IMG/VR virus record: IMGVR_UViG_3300035182_000826
Span: 64,001 to 128,000 of that record
DNA length: 64,000 nucleotides
Direction: 5' to 3' (one strand)
From: a virus
Shown here: one piece after another, positions 1 to 9,341 of the stretch
Layout of the letters: the number at the start of each line of letters is the position of its first letter
How positions within the stretch are numbered: the first letter of the stretch is position 1
Translations under genes and position numbers: made by a program
The notes under the pieces: generated by a model
What the model was told of the DNA's origin: nothing
Database searches by the model: none
What the model saw: the letters and a program-made list of their open reading frames with translations, nothing else

Positions 1-1
1 G

Positions 2-433
2 GTACGTCTGTTTGAAGAGGATCTTGAAAAGCTCACAGCTGAAGAGTACTGGAAGTCACACAGCACAGGTGCTAAGAAGTACACTAGCGCTGAGGTTTAC
101 GAAGTAAAGGCGAATGGTGACAAGTACGACGTGTTCACAACATCAAGTGGATCCCGTAAGAAGTTCGGTTCGTACACAGCTGTTCAACTGAAAGATCTGT
201 TCAAGCCACTTCAACCATCGCAGACGCCAGACGTTGAAGGGTTTATAAAGTACACTGATCCAACCGTGAACCGCGCAATTCAACACTCTGGTGATCCTCT
301 TCAGATTGACTTAGGTGACCAAACGAAGGTGCTGAATGACGGTGATTACTTGATGCAAACAGTGAATGGCACCAAGTTCGTGTATGTGGTGGTTCCATCT
401 GCTGAGTTCGAAGACACATTCAAGCCTGTCTAA
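2..433 (+). CDS. hypothetical protein, 5'-truncated by the window edge
   Basis: Frame of ORF 131..433 is open back to position 2 (VRLFEEDLEKLTAEEYWK...). Confidence 0.7.
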   Translation, partial: VRLFEEDLEKLTAEEYWKSHSTGAKKYTSAEVYEVKANGDKYDVFTTSSGSRKKFGSYTAVQLKDLFKPLQPSQTPDVEGFIKYTDPTVNRAIQHSGDPLQIDLGDQTKVLNDGDYLMQTVNGTKFVYVVVPSAEFEDTFKPV

Positions 434-455
434 CTGGCTCAGCTAAATAAGGTTC

Positions 456-848
456 ATGAATGAACCTAAAAAACTAAAAGCAAAAGACGTTAAGACGGTA
501 CGAAAAGCCTTGCTCGAAAAGCAAGGCTTTTTCTGCGCTATTTGCAAGTTGCCTTGCACAGAGGAGCAGGCTGTTTTAGACCATGATCACACTCACGGGC
601 ACGTCCGTGCTGTGCTGCATCGGGGGTGCAACGCCGCCGAAGGCAAGGTCATGAACACACTGCGTCGATATGGTATCAAAGCGCCAGAGGAGTTCTTGAG
701 GGGACTTCTAGCATACCATGATTTACATTCCACCAATCAATCTGGGTACATACACCCAGCTCATCGAACAGAAGATGAGAAAAAAGAATTGGCTAAGAAG
801 CGGGCTAGACGCAGAAGAACCGCAATAAAGTTGAAATCTAAGGAGTAA
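456..848 (+). CDS. recombination endonuclease VII-family (His-Me finger) nuclease
   Basis: CAIC...LDHDH..GHVRAVLHRGCNAAEG motif; TAAATA at 444. Confidence 0.85.
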   Translation: MNEPKKLKAKDVKTVRKALLEKQGFFCAICKLPCTEEQAVLDHDHTHGHVRAVLHRGCNAAEGKVMNTLRRYGIKAPEEFLRGLLAYHDLHSTNQSGYIHPAHRTEDEKKELAKKRARRRRTAIKLKSKE

Positions 849-851
849 TTC

Positions 852-1433
852 ATGACACCTCAATGGACAACACGCACTGACGTAGAACTTGCGTCTGGTG
901 ATTACGGGCCTTTGCTTGGTTTGGTCGCTGTAAGCTACCACGTGTACAGCAAAGCCGAAGAGTTTCTTGGGCCATTCAACGCGAAGCAACGTGGACATGG
1001 AATTTACACCCCTCCAACTCGTGATCAACTCAGGGCGGCCATTCCACAGTACAGAATGAATCCAGTTTCGTACTCAGCTTTTTTGTCAAGTCTCATTGCT
1101 TTCTGCGAACGCACTAAGGGCATGCAAGCCCTACCAACACCACACCCATCAATCATTCACTCAATTCAGCTTCAGCCGTCAACCTTTGAAATCAAGTGCC
1201 AAAACGGTAAAGTTCACTTGTTCTTGGCTGGTATGGATGAACCGCTGAAGCTGAAATTTGCAAATCCAAAGACAGCAGAAACGACGAAGTTCATTATTCT
1301 TCGTCCAAAAATCAGTACTGTTGGAACAGCATCAGCAACACGCTGGGAAGTGTTGCTCTTTGACAAGGCGTATGGCTACATCCCAAATTGGGTTGACGCA
1401 AATCTGAACCCACGTTGGAGTGGTGTAATGTGA
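852..1433 (+). CDS. hypothetical protein
   Basis: 193-aa ORF tightly packed after the endo VII gene. Confidence 0.7.
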   Translation: MTPQWTTRTDVELASGDYGPLLGLVAVSYHVYSKAEEFLGPFNAKQRGHGIYTPPTRDQLRAAIPQYRMNPVSYSAFLSSLIAFCERTKGMQALPTPHPSIIHSIQLQPSTFEIKCQNGKVHLFLAGMDEPLKLKFANPKTAETTKFIILRPKISTVGTASATRWEVLLFDKAYGYIPNWVDANLNPRWSGVM

Positions 1434-1481
1434 CCTAAGTTGAGGTCGCATGGGTTATTGGCGCTAGGTACAATAACCCAT

Positions 1482-2750
1482 ATGGAGCACTTAGAAAAAA
1501 GCAGCATTCTTCATTGGACTCGGTTCTATCCGAATCTGAAGCGCGTGCATTCTGAAAAAGTCAAAGATCGGCAAGAGATGATCTTGCATGTTGCCGCTCT
1601 TTGGAAACACTCACAGGCAAAAATGACCCCAAACGGGCTTTGTTCAATCAAAGTCCCTTTGACACAACTCAGAGAAAATCTAAGAGACTATCGAGCTGTT
1701 GTTGATCACTTCTTCGATGTTCGACAGCTAGGCTTCAAGATTGAAGACACATTTGAGTTGTCTACACTGACACCAAAGATTCTTCCACCTACAGAGGAAG
1801 ATGAGATTTGTGGGATTGTAAATGAACTCCAATACCACGTCCCACCAAGGCCTGATGATTGCGTCATCAGCAAGGTCTATCTGCAAGAAAACATTGATTG
1901 GGACTACATCTTCGAGCGGCTGAGCCGTTCACCTCGTCCTGACATTATCTTGCAGTTGAAGTGGCTACGACACCAGCCACCTGAACTAAACTTTCACTTC
2001 AAACCAGCTGGCAAGTTGGGCCTGCGCGACACCTCTGTGTGGCCGATCAAGGGCATTGAGAACTGGCCAACATGGCTTCGTGAGCGATTGTTTGGGACAG
2101 CAGTCGATCTTGACTCTGCTTACGTGCAGTTCCTTGTGAACACGCTTCGAAAAGAGATTCCAGAAGATCAACTCGGGGCGCTGTTTCCTGATCTGCTGAA
2201 GCTGTTGGCAGACAAAGAGGCGTTCAGACGAGAGCTCTGTGAAGAAATCCTGATGGTGGAATACACCAAGGAACACAAGGGCGTCATGAAGAACATCTTG
2301 ATGTCACTTGCGAATGGATCTCGCATTTCAGCCAGCGTGATCTTGAATGCTGCTAGGCACTCTGCGGTGGCTGAAATGATCCTCGATATTGTCCCAACTG
2401 CAAGCGCTGATGATTTGATAAGGATTGGTGATAGGTTGAGGTCAATCAGCAGACAGTTTGACAATGCCAGAAAGATGATCTGCATTGCGCTGTTCAAGAA
2501 AGCCCCAACAAACGAGAACAAAAAGTCAGTGTTCAGTTCGTATTTCATGTGGGAGCGTGAAGCGCGATACATGATTTGGGAGGCCTTTGAACGGCATGGA
2601 ATTATGGCACACGACGGGCTAGATGGTATTCCTGCAAAGTACCTGACTGATCTGCCAAAGGTCATGAATGATCTACACCTTAAGCTCAGTGTTAAAGGTA
2701 TGGCCGGTGCCACCGAGGCGACGCCGGCTCACACCGAACAGAAAGAATGA
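1482..2750 (+). CDS. putative minimal superfamily-A (Pol A / T7 RNAP-like, TV-Pol-like) polymerase
   Basis: Motif A-like AVDLDSAYVQFL, motif B-like KGVMKNILMSLANG, motif C-like MAHDGL; directly upstream of primase and helicase. ATG 1482 preferred over TTG 1440. Confidence 0.55.
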   Translation: MEHLEKSSILHWTRFYPNLKRVHSEKVKDRQEMILHVAALWKHSQAKMTPNGLCSIKVPLTQLRENLRDYRAVVDHFFDVRQLGFKIEDTFELSTLTPKILPPTEEDEICGIVNELQYHVPPRPDDCVISKVYLQENIDWDYIFERLSRSPRPDIILQLKWLRHQPPELNFHFKPAGKLGLRDTSVWPIKGIENWPTWLRERLFGTAVDLDSAYVQFLVNTLRKEIPEDQLGALFPDLLKLLADKEAFRRELCEEILMVEYTKEHKGVMKNILMSLANGSRISASVILNAARHSAVAEMILDIVPTASADDLIRIGDRLRSISRQFDNARKMICIALFKKAPTNENKKSVFSSYFMWEREARYMIWEAFERHGIMAHDGLDGIPAKYLTDLPKVMNDLHLKLSVKGMAGATEATPAHTEQKE

Positions 2751-2756
2751 TAGGCT

Positions 2757-3782
2757 ATGAAGTTCACATCGCTGATTGACCTGGTGGAGGCCAGGGTGAG
2801 CATGGGTGCACTAGGCGGCACTGGATTTAGGGGTGTGAAATGCCCTGTTTGCAATGATCACACTCAGCGGGCCGGCTTCAAAATTGATGATGCTGGTATG
2901 TTTTACGGGTGCTTCAACTGTGGCGAAAAGTTCAGCTATGAACGAGACTCAGCAAAGCTTTCAAAGAATGGCTACCGGATTTTAGAGTGCTTTGGTATTT
3001 CCAGAGATGAGATTAGCCAGGCACTAGGTGGCAGCTTTTTTCTGAGAGAACGTGAAATCATCACTGTAGAGGATCTGAAGCCGAAGTACAGCCTTGCAAC
3101 TCCAGAAGTTCAACTGCCGCCAAGATCATATCCAATTGGGTCGCCTGAAAAGCCAGAGTTCCAAGCACCAATCATTGCTTATCTGCAGAGACGTGGTGTA
3201 GATCCACTTGCCATTAACGCGCATTTCAGTCTTGACCCGCAGTTTCTGAACCGAGTTATTCTGCCATGTTATCGCGAGGACAAGATCATTTTTTGGCAGG
3301 CGAGAGCCATAAATCCTGATGATCGACCGCGGTTCAAATCACCTGCTGTTCCTAAAGAGGCCGTGCTTTGGGGGTTCAACAACATCCATCACTCAAAGAC
3401 ACAACCGCTGTTCATTTCAGAGGGAATTTTCAACGCGTATTTTCTCGATGGTGTAGCATTACTTGGGTCAAAGCTGAACCAAGCAAAGGTTGAGCTGTTG
3501 AACAAAACACGAAGAGACAAGGTCGTAATTGTCGATCGCGACACACCTGGTGGTGCGCTTGGTCATGCTGCGATCAGCAATGGCTGGAAGGTTTCATTTG
3601 TCCCAGTTGGGTGTTCAGACGTAAACGACAGCGTTTTACAATTTGGGCTTCTTTACACAATACGATACGTGGTTTCGCACATTACGGAGGCGAGTACCAT
3701 AAAGACAACAAGTGGTGTTTCTGTGCAAAGCACACTTGCGCTTGACATGGAACTTGCACTAGCAAAATTGCAAAGGATCTGA
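2757..3782 (+). CDS. DNA primase (T4 gp61/DnaG-like)
   Basis: Zn finger CPVC...CFNC; TOPRIM motifs SEGIFNA and VDRD; next to the helicase. Confidence 0.9.
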   Translation: MKFTSLIDLVEARVSMGALGGTGFRGVKCPVCNDHTQRAGFKIDDAGMFYGCFNCGEKFSYERDSAKLSKNGYRILECFGISRDEISQALGGSFFLREREIITVEDLKPKYSLATPEVQLPPRSYPIGSPEKPEFQAPIIAYLQRRGVDPLAINAHFSLDPQFLNRVILPCYREDKIIFWQARAINPDDRPRFKSPAVPKEAVLWGFNNIHHSKTQPLFISEGIFNAYFLDGVALLGSKLNQAKVELLNKTRRDKVVIVDRDTPGGALGHAAISNGWKVSFVPVGCSDVNDSVLQFGLLYTIRYVVSHITEASTIKTTSGVSVQSTLALDMELALAKLQRI

Positions 3783-3784
3783 TT

Positions 3785-5104
3785 ATGATGATTGACCAAG
3801 AGTCACAGACGATGTTTATCAGTGCGATGCTTGGAAATCCTGGGCTGTTTGCGCGCGTTCAGCACTTGCTACAGCCTGTGTACTTTGACGCCAAGTACCA
3901 AGATGGTGTGAAGTTCCTAAAGACGTTCTTCGCAGAGAACCGAGGTGTACCGTCGCCTGAAATCTTCAAGACCGCAACGAAGATTCAACTACCTCAAATC
4001 ATCACAAATATTTCTCAAATTGACATGAACTTCCTAGCGTCTGAAATCGCTAAGTTCTGTCAGATCAGAGCTGTCACCCAAGCGGTACTGCAATCACCAA
4101 AGATGATTGAGAATGGTGATCTCGGTAAAATGCTCGAGATGATCAAGAACGCAGTTCAGATTCAACTGCACACTGATCTTGGTATCAACTATTTTGACGA
4201 CCCGGCCGCCCGCCTGACCGAAGAGGAGACAGAGCAAATCATCAAGACTGGTTGGGATGATCTTGATCGGGTTATTGGCGGCGTTCAGACTCAGGAATTG
4301 ATCCTGTTCCTAGCGAACTCTGGTGGTGGTAAGTCGGTTGGTATGACTAATTTGGCGTACAACTTGCTATCACAAGGCAAGAATGGTGTCTACATTTCAT
4401 TGGAAATGAAGGACAAGCTCGTTGCTCGCCGACTTGACTCGATGATCTCTCGAATCAGCGGCTTCATCATTCGCGATCACAAGATTGAGGTGTGTGAGCA
4501 GATTGAGAGAGCTAAGGCCGCTGGCTTCGGTGACTTTCACATTAAGCGCATGCGTGAAAGTACAACCACCTCAAATGAAATCTTGAGCTACTGCAATGAG
4601 GTTCAAGACAGAACTGGCAAGAAAATCGACTTCGTGGTCAGTGATTACCTTGATCTAATGGCAACAAATGGTAAGACCAATGACAATGGGAACATGTTCC
4701 TAAAGGACAAGATCGTTGCAGAGGAGTTGAGAGCTGTCGGTTTTGACCTTGACGCAATCATGATTAGCGCGTCTCAACTAGGCCGTGGGGCCCTTGTCGC
4801 AACTCGTGAAGAACGCAAGATCGAACAAGACCACATTCAGGGTGGCATCTCAAAGATCAACACCTCTGACCTTGCGATCGCAATGGTCAAAGACGAAGCA
4901 CTTGATGCTGCCAATGAGTACCGCTTTGACATTGTCAAATCACGTAACTCTGGTGGTGTCGGTAAGTCCGTCCATCTTGGATGGGACCCTATCAGCCTGC
5001 GAATCAGCAACATTCAACGAAAGCAGGCTGCGAAACTAGAGCTGAAGATCCCCGGTGTTAGAAAGCCCGGTGATTCAGACGATGGCCTTGGCTTGCTCGG
5101 GTGA
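3785..5104 (+). CDS. replicative DnaB-like helicase (T4 gp41-like)
   Basis: Walker A ANSGGGKS, YISLEM, Walker B VVSDYLDLM, SASQLGR, KSRN. Confidence 0.92.
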   Translation: MMIDQESQTMFISAMLGNPGLFARVQHLLQPVYFDAKYQDGVKFLKTFFAENRGVPSPEIFKTATKIQLPQIITNISQIDMNFLASEIAKFCQIRAVTQAVLQSPKMIENGDLGKMLEMIKNAVQIQLHTDLGINYFDDPAARLTEEETEQIIKTGWDDLDRVIGGVQTQELILFLANSGGGKSVGMTNLAYNLLSQGKNGVYISLEMKDKLVARRLDSMISRISGFIIRDHKIEVCEQIERAKAAGFGDFHIKRMRESTTTSNEILSYCNEVQDRTGKKIDFVVSDYLDLMATNGKTNDNGNMFLKDKIVAEELRAVGFDLDAIMISASQLGRGALVATREERKIEQDHIQGGISKINTSDLAIAMVKDEALDAANEYRFDIVKSRNSGGVGKSVHLGWDPISLRISNIQRKQAAKLELKIPGVRKPGDSDDGLGLLG

Positions 5105-5149
5105 TAGCCGGCCACAATAAATACCATGTCCATTCCTAAGGAGAACACT

Positions 5150-5401
5150 TTGACAACTCAAACACAAACCCTCACTGTTGACGGAATCACTTACGCTGTT
5201 GATCAGTTCAGCCAGCAAGTTCAGTCAGGCGTCCAGATGTACTCGGCCTTCCAAGCTGACTTGCAAAAGGCACAACTTGAGGTTGCTAAGACGCAGGCCG
5301 CAATGGCCATGCTGTCTGGGCAGATTCAGGAAGCTGTCAAGGCTGAATTGGCTGCGAAGGCGGCTGATGCCAAAGCGGCAGCTGAGCCGCAACAAGAGTG
5401 A
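5150..5401 (+). CDS. small coiled-coil hypothetical protein
   Basis: TTG start after AGGAG at 5139; TAAATA at 5118; followed by a terminator. Confidence 0.7.
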   Translation: MTTQTQTLTVDGITYAVDQFSQQVQSGVQMYSAFQADLQKAQLEVAKTQAAMAMLSGQIQEAVKAELAAKAADAKAAAEPQQE

Positions 5402-5419
5402 TGATTTTTGATCACTGAA

Positions 5420-5454
5420 AAGAAAAAGGGAGCCACATGGCTCCCTTTTTTCTT
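5420..5454. terminator. bidirectional intrinsic terminator
   Basis: A-tract, GGGAGCCA/TGGCTCCC stem, T-tract. Confidence 0.85.
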
Positions 5455-5470
5455 ATGCCTACGAGATCAC

Positions 5471-5640
5471 CTTCTAATTTGACACCTTTTCTTAAGTGCA
5501 GCGCGTCTTAGGCGATAGAGCACACCCTCGGCGACACCGGTGAGGCCCGGCTCACGCCGGACAGTTCAGCCAATAAGTTATGCACGGCACTTAGCCGAGG
5601 CGAGCCGGTGTCGCCTCGTGTCGCCAAGGGTAACAGGCGC
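5471..5640. repeat. non-coding repeat locus 0: one nested-hairpin unit plus flanking module D
   Basis: CTAATTTGACAC..CTTAAGTGCA..GCGATAGAGCAC then CTCGGCGACACCGGTGAGG...CCAATAAGTTATGCA...GTCGCCTCGTGTCGCC; close homologs at 57.94-58.09 kb, 58.29-58.46 kb and (reverse complement) 28.40-28.55 kb. Confidence 0.92.
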
Positions 5641-5770
5641 GGCGGCCTCGCCTTTTAGAAACGGGCCATTAAGAACCTTTCGCGCATACCAAAATGAGTA
5701 ATGTGCGGTTCTTGCAATTGCATCTTCACCTTTTGGCTATGGTCCTTTGATGAAGTCTCTTGCATGCAAG
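5641..5770 (-). pseudogene. decayed fragment of the 26-aa repeat protein family
   Basis: Minus strand reads ARDFIKGP*PKGEDAIARTAHYSFWYARKVLNGPFLKGEAA (TAG at the W/F position). Confidence 0.75.
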
Positions 5771-5774
5771 TGCA

Positions 5775-5992
5775 CTTTCATGCTGATCACTCCACCCAAC
5801 GAGTGTCACACCAAGATGATCTCACCTTTTCTTTGGCAGCGTTTTGGTTACTTGCGCTACAGAGTCGGCAAGAGGCTGGTGTGACTGGTAATCGACTGTG
5901 GCGACCCCGAACTCGGGGAACACGCCCTTCATGTGCTAGAACGACAGATGTGTCTGGTTCAAGCCATAGATGAAAACGATCGTTTGGCTCAT
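5775..5992 (-). pseudogene. alpha/beta-hydrolase pseudogene (N-terminal half)
   Basis: MSQTIVFIYGLNQTHLSF*HMKG...VDYQSHQPLADSVAQV, then a frameshift, then GEIILV*HSLGGVIS (GxSxG elbow with G->TGA at 5806-5808; TAG at 5936-5938). Confidence 0.7.
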
Positions 5993-6013
5993 GCCCGTAT
6001 CGGGCCACGGCGG

Positions 6014-6205
6014 TCACCGCGGATTGTGACCCCAGATCTTGAGTGACAGCGGCTTTCGGGTTGGCTCGCCGTTCTCGTCGTACAGCGCACCTGAGTTCCC
6101 CTTCATGCGTGACACAAAGGCACATTGCTTGCCAGCCCACTTCCACATCTCTGGCGTCCACTGCTCGACAGGAGTGCGCTTCATCTTGACGATCCACTCA
6201 GATCC
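6014..6205 (-). pseudogene. C-terminal fragment of a DUF3140-like protein
   Basis: WIVKMK..W...MWKWAGKQ.AFVSR...LSLKIWGHNP resembles the DUF3140 C-terminus (SL.NWGHDP); N-terminus replaced by repeat-gene sequence. Confidence 0.5.
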
Positions 6206-6223
6206 ATCACTTCTCCTTTGCAA

Positions 6224-6727
6224 TCAGTTTACCTTTAGGACATCTTTTGCATACAAACGGGCATAATCTGGGTCTTTCGCAATTGCGGCTTCGCCTTTAG
6301 GAAATGGCGCCTTTAGGACATCTCTCGCGTAGAAATACGCATAATATGAGTCTTTCGCAATTGCGGCTTCGCCTTTAGGAAATGGCGCCTTTAGGACATC
6401 TCTCGCGTACCAATACGCATACTTTGGGTCTTTCGCAATTGCGCCCTCGCCTTTAGGAAATGGCGCCTTTAGGACATCTCTCGCGTACGCAAATGCAAAC
6501 CCTGGGTCTTTCGCAATGGCGGCTTCGCCTTTAGGAAATGGCGCCTTTAGGACCTCTACCGCGTACGCATATGCATACTCTGGGTCTTTCGCAATTGCGT
6601 CCTCCCTCTTCTTCATCTCTTCTGGGTTGTTCTTGTACTTCTCCCAGATGAATTCAGGAACGGAATCATGAGCTGCATCATAATGCAGCAAGGTCTCAGG
6701 TTGTGAATGGTATTTGTACAGATACAT
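6224..6727 (-). CDS. 26-aa tandem-repeat protein, copy A (about 5 repeats)
   Basis: 78-nt repeats encoding AIAKDxxYAxxYAxxVLKAPFPKGEx; near-identical to 11996..12532. Confidence 0.85.
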   Translation of the reverse strand: MYLYKYHSQPETLLHYDAAHDSVPEFIWEKYKNNPEEMKKREDAIAKDPEYAYAYAVEVLKAPFPKGEAAIAKDPGFAFAYARDVLKAPFPKGEGAIAKDPKYAYWYARDVLKAPFPKGEAAIAKDSYYAYFYARDVLKAPFPKGEAAIAKDPDYARLYAKDVLKVN

Positions 6728-6751
6728 TTTAGTTTTCCAACTAGGTTCAGA

Positions 6752-6925
6752 TTAGAAGTCAGCAGCCTCGCCTTTAGGAAATGGCGCCTTTAGGACTTCT
6801 CTCGCGTACAAACGCGCATACCTTGTGTCTTTCGCAATTGCGTCCTCCCTCTTCTTCATCTTTTCTGGGTTCTTCTTGTACTTCTTCCAGATCAATTCAG
6901 GAATAGAGTCATGAGCTGCATTATG
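6752..6925 (-). pseudogene. truncated one-repeat copy of the 26-aa repeat gene
   Basis: HNAAHDSIPELIWKKY...AIAKDTRYARLYAREVLKAPFPKGEAADF; native start is lost. Confidence 0.75.
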
Positions 6926-7140
6926 TCCTTGATCAGGCGCACTCGATCGGTGGGATGTACCCATCACGAACGGCACCGCGCGAGAAGCGGCCGATCATGA
7001 CGTCGTTCTCGTAGATCTCGCCCTTGAGGGCTGGGCCAGCGCTTGTCCTTGCCCCTGTACGTCAGCTGTCGTTCAGGTCCAATGTCAGAAACGTTCAACA
7101 TTGTGGCAGCTTCACGCTATACTTGTGTGGCGCGACGCTG

Positions 7141-7506
7141 TCACTGGGTGTGTGGCTTACCTTCAGCCAGCCGCTTCTTGGCCTTCTCAGCCTTCAGCTT
7201 TGCCTTCACTGTTTCAAGCTTTTGCTTGTCTTCAGCTGATAGGTTCTTTCCGGCGCGGTTGATGTAAAAGTTCAAGCGCGACATTGCTTGTGCTTCAGAT
7301 TCACTGTTGCTACGAAGCGTCTTCGCGATCTCATCCGCTGACTTTGTGAAAAGCCCTTCTGGTGGTGTCCACTTCGTGTCAACATCAGCGCTCCATTGCT
7401 TTTCAGCGAGGATTTCTCTGGCGCGTTCAGTGATGTACTGCTTTGCTAGCTCAGAGGCGTTACCCTCATTGATGATTACGTTCACTACGTCTTTCAACAT
7501 GGTCAT
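7141..7506 (-). CDS. DUF3175-like small protein, putative head-packaged
   Basis: KQWSADV...EGLFTKSADEIA...AMSRLNFYINRAGKNLS resembles DUF3175; N-terminal IINE and ILAE motifs. Confidence 0.65.
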   Translation of the reverse strand: MTMLKDVVNVIINEGNASELAKQYITERAREILAEKQWSADVDTKWTPPEGLFTKSADEIAKTLRSNSESEAQAMSRLNFYINRAGKNLSAEDKQKLETVKAKLKAEKAKKRLAEGKPHTQ

Positions 7507-9341
7507 TCTCCTTGAGGGTTTTGAGTTGATTGAGGTGTCTGTGATGATTGGGTTGTCTGTGATGATTGGGGTGTTTGTGATGATTGGGGTGTTTGTGATG
7601 ATTGAGGTGTCTGTGATGATTGGGTTGTCTGTGATGATTGGGTTGTCTGCTTTGTGCCAGCTGTGATAATTGATGTCAGCGCCCGAATTTTCTGTAGGAT
7701 TACTCCAGGGCTGGTAAGTGTTTGCTTCTTAGCACGAAGCGCCGTGACCAACTGAGTCTTTTGGTAATTCAAATTCGCGTCTGGCACTCCAAGCACTGAC
7801 AACAATGATGAGATGGCTTGGAAGTATGTATCAGTTCCGAGCCGCACATCTTCAGTGACAGGCTCAATTGATGTTGACGCTGAAATGTTCAATCTGCTTG
7901 CAAGGCGTCTGAGCAGCATTTCCAACGAGGGGTCATCCTCAATTGACAATGCGACACGGCGAAGGAATGTGTTCACGACAGCTGGGCCACCTTGAACAAC
8001 GAGTTCCTCTGGCAAGCCAAGCTTAACAAGGATAGCTTCAAGCAAACGTTGAACAGCATCTCCGCGGCGATGATTAGCTGCTTCACTCAACTCAAACCCT
8101 GCCTCTTTTCCAAGTGCCTTGTACAAATTGATGAACGCTGTCTTCGCTGCCGCGTGCTGGCGAAGGTATTCAGCACCAGCAGTAACAGAATCGGCTGCAG
8201 CAGCAGTGTTGTAGAAGCGTCCAGGAATTCCAACTAATTGGAAGAACGCAGCAATTTGCTTTGCCATAGGCAACTTCAGACGAGAAACAAAGGCACGACC
8301 CTGAGCGTCAAGCTTCATTGACAGCCCGTCGCGAACGCCATCACTCAAGTCATTCGCTTCTCTGATCAATGATTCCTCAAGTTGCGGTTTTACTTCAAAA
8401 GTTGACTTAGCACCAATTACGTTCTTTTGCTTTGTGAGCTCAGCTGCCATGCGCTCAGCTTCTTCAAGTGATGGGTACTTCACAATTTTTCCTTCACGGG
8501 TGTACAGATACTCTTTCAGGCCATTTACGCCGCCAGAGCTCTTGATTTTTAGAACCCATTTCTTTGCGTTCAGCGCAGAGGCCATATGGGCTTTCACATC
8601 ATCCGATAGAGATTCCTTAACTTTAGCAGGCTTTTTTTCATCTGTTGAAGCTTCTTCCTCTCCTTCCTTCTTTTCCTTCTTCTTTTTCTTCTTGTCGTTT
8701 TCGTCTACTTCATCCTCATCTGATTCTTCATCAGTTTCGTCATCAGCTGTGTTAGGATTTGTTTTGTCGTCGTCATTAGGCGTCAACAACTTGTTTTCAA
8801 TAGGTTCCTCTGGGTTTAGTTCAGCGAGATCAGCACCAGAATCAAATGACGCGGCTGGTGAATCCTTGTCGATAAACGAATCAAGTTCAGGAGTGTCAAT
8901 GTTATCTTCATCACCGCTTTGCGCGACGCTCTGATCACCTTGCTCAGTTGGCCAAACCACATCAACAATGTCGAACTGTGTTGCCATCTGATTGATTGCG
9001 CTTTCGATGTCATTGTCCATGCCAAGCATGTTCGACAATGCCTTCTCAAACTCATCAGCTTCTTGCGCGTTCACATAGATTTCGATGTAGTCACCATTGT
9101 CAGTCTTGACAACGAAACCAACAGAATCAACTTGGTCATTCAGCTCAGCCGCACGCTCAAGATAGTTGTTCACATCAGAACCTGTGACGCTACCATCAGT
9201 GCCATGGTTGATCATGTTCCGCATCAATGAGAATCTAACATCAGACTTATTGGAAGCGGTGTCAGTTGAGCCAGCATCAGTTCCATCAGACATCTTGAGT
9301 TTGGTTTGAATGTGGTTTTCTAGTTCAGAAAGTAATTTCAT
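7503..9341 (-). CDS. acidic hypothetical protein, putative internal head protein
   Basis: 612 aa; starts MKLLSELE; several (L/I/V)xE sites; C-terminal QT(T/P)QSS repeats. Confidence 0.75.
   Translation of the reverse strand: MKLLSELENHIQTKLKMSDGTDAGSTDTASNKSDVRFSLMRNMINHGTDGSVTGSDVNNYLERAAELNDQVDSVGFVVKTDNGDYIEIYVNAQEADEFEKALSNMLGMDNDIESAINQMATQFDIVDVVWPTEQGDQSVAQSGDEDNIDTPELDSFIDKDSPAASFDSGADLAELNPEEPIENKLLTPNDDDKTNPNTADDETDEESDEDEVDENDKKKKKKEKKEGEEEASTDEKKPAKVKESLSDDVKAHMASALNAKKWVLKIKSSGGVNGLKEYLYTREGKIVKYPSLEEAERMAAELTKQKNVIGAKSTFEVKPQLEESLIREANDLSDGVRDGLSMKLDAQGRAFVSRLKLPMAKQIAAFFQLVGIPGRFYNTAAAADSVTAGAEYLRQHAAAKTAFINLYKALGKEAGFELSEAANHRRGDAVQRLLEAILVKLGLPEELVVQGGPAVVNTFLRRVALSIEDDPSLEMLLRRLASRLNISASTSIEPVTEDVRLGTDTYFQAISSLLSVLGVPDANLNYQKTQLVTALRAKKQTLTSPGVILQKIRALTSIITAGTKQTTQSSQTTQSSQTPQSSQTPQSSQTPQSSQTTQSSQTPQSTQNPQGE
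7520..7650 (-). repeat. 18-bp coding tandem repeat, QT(T/P)QSS about 6-7 copies
   Basis: GTGATGATTG(G/A)G... units visible on the + strand. Confidence 0.9.

Noticed and set aside
5471-5640. Hairpin unit as an IS/MITE or tRNA
   Set aside because: No transposase or target-site duplication is visible, and there is no cloverleaf or T-loop consensus; non-autonomous mobility is not fully excluded.
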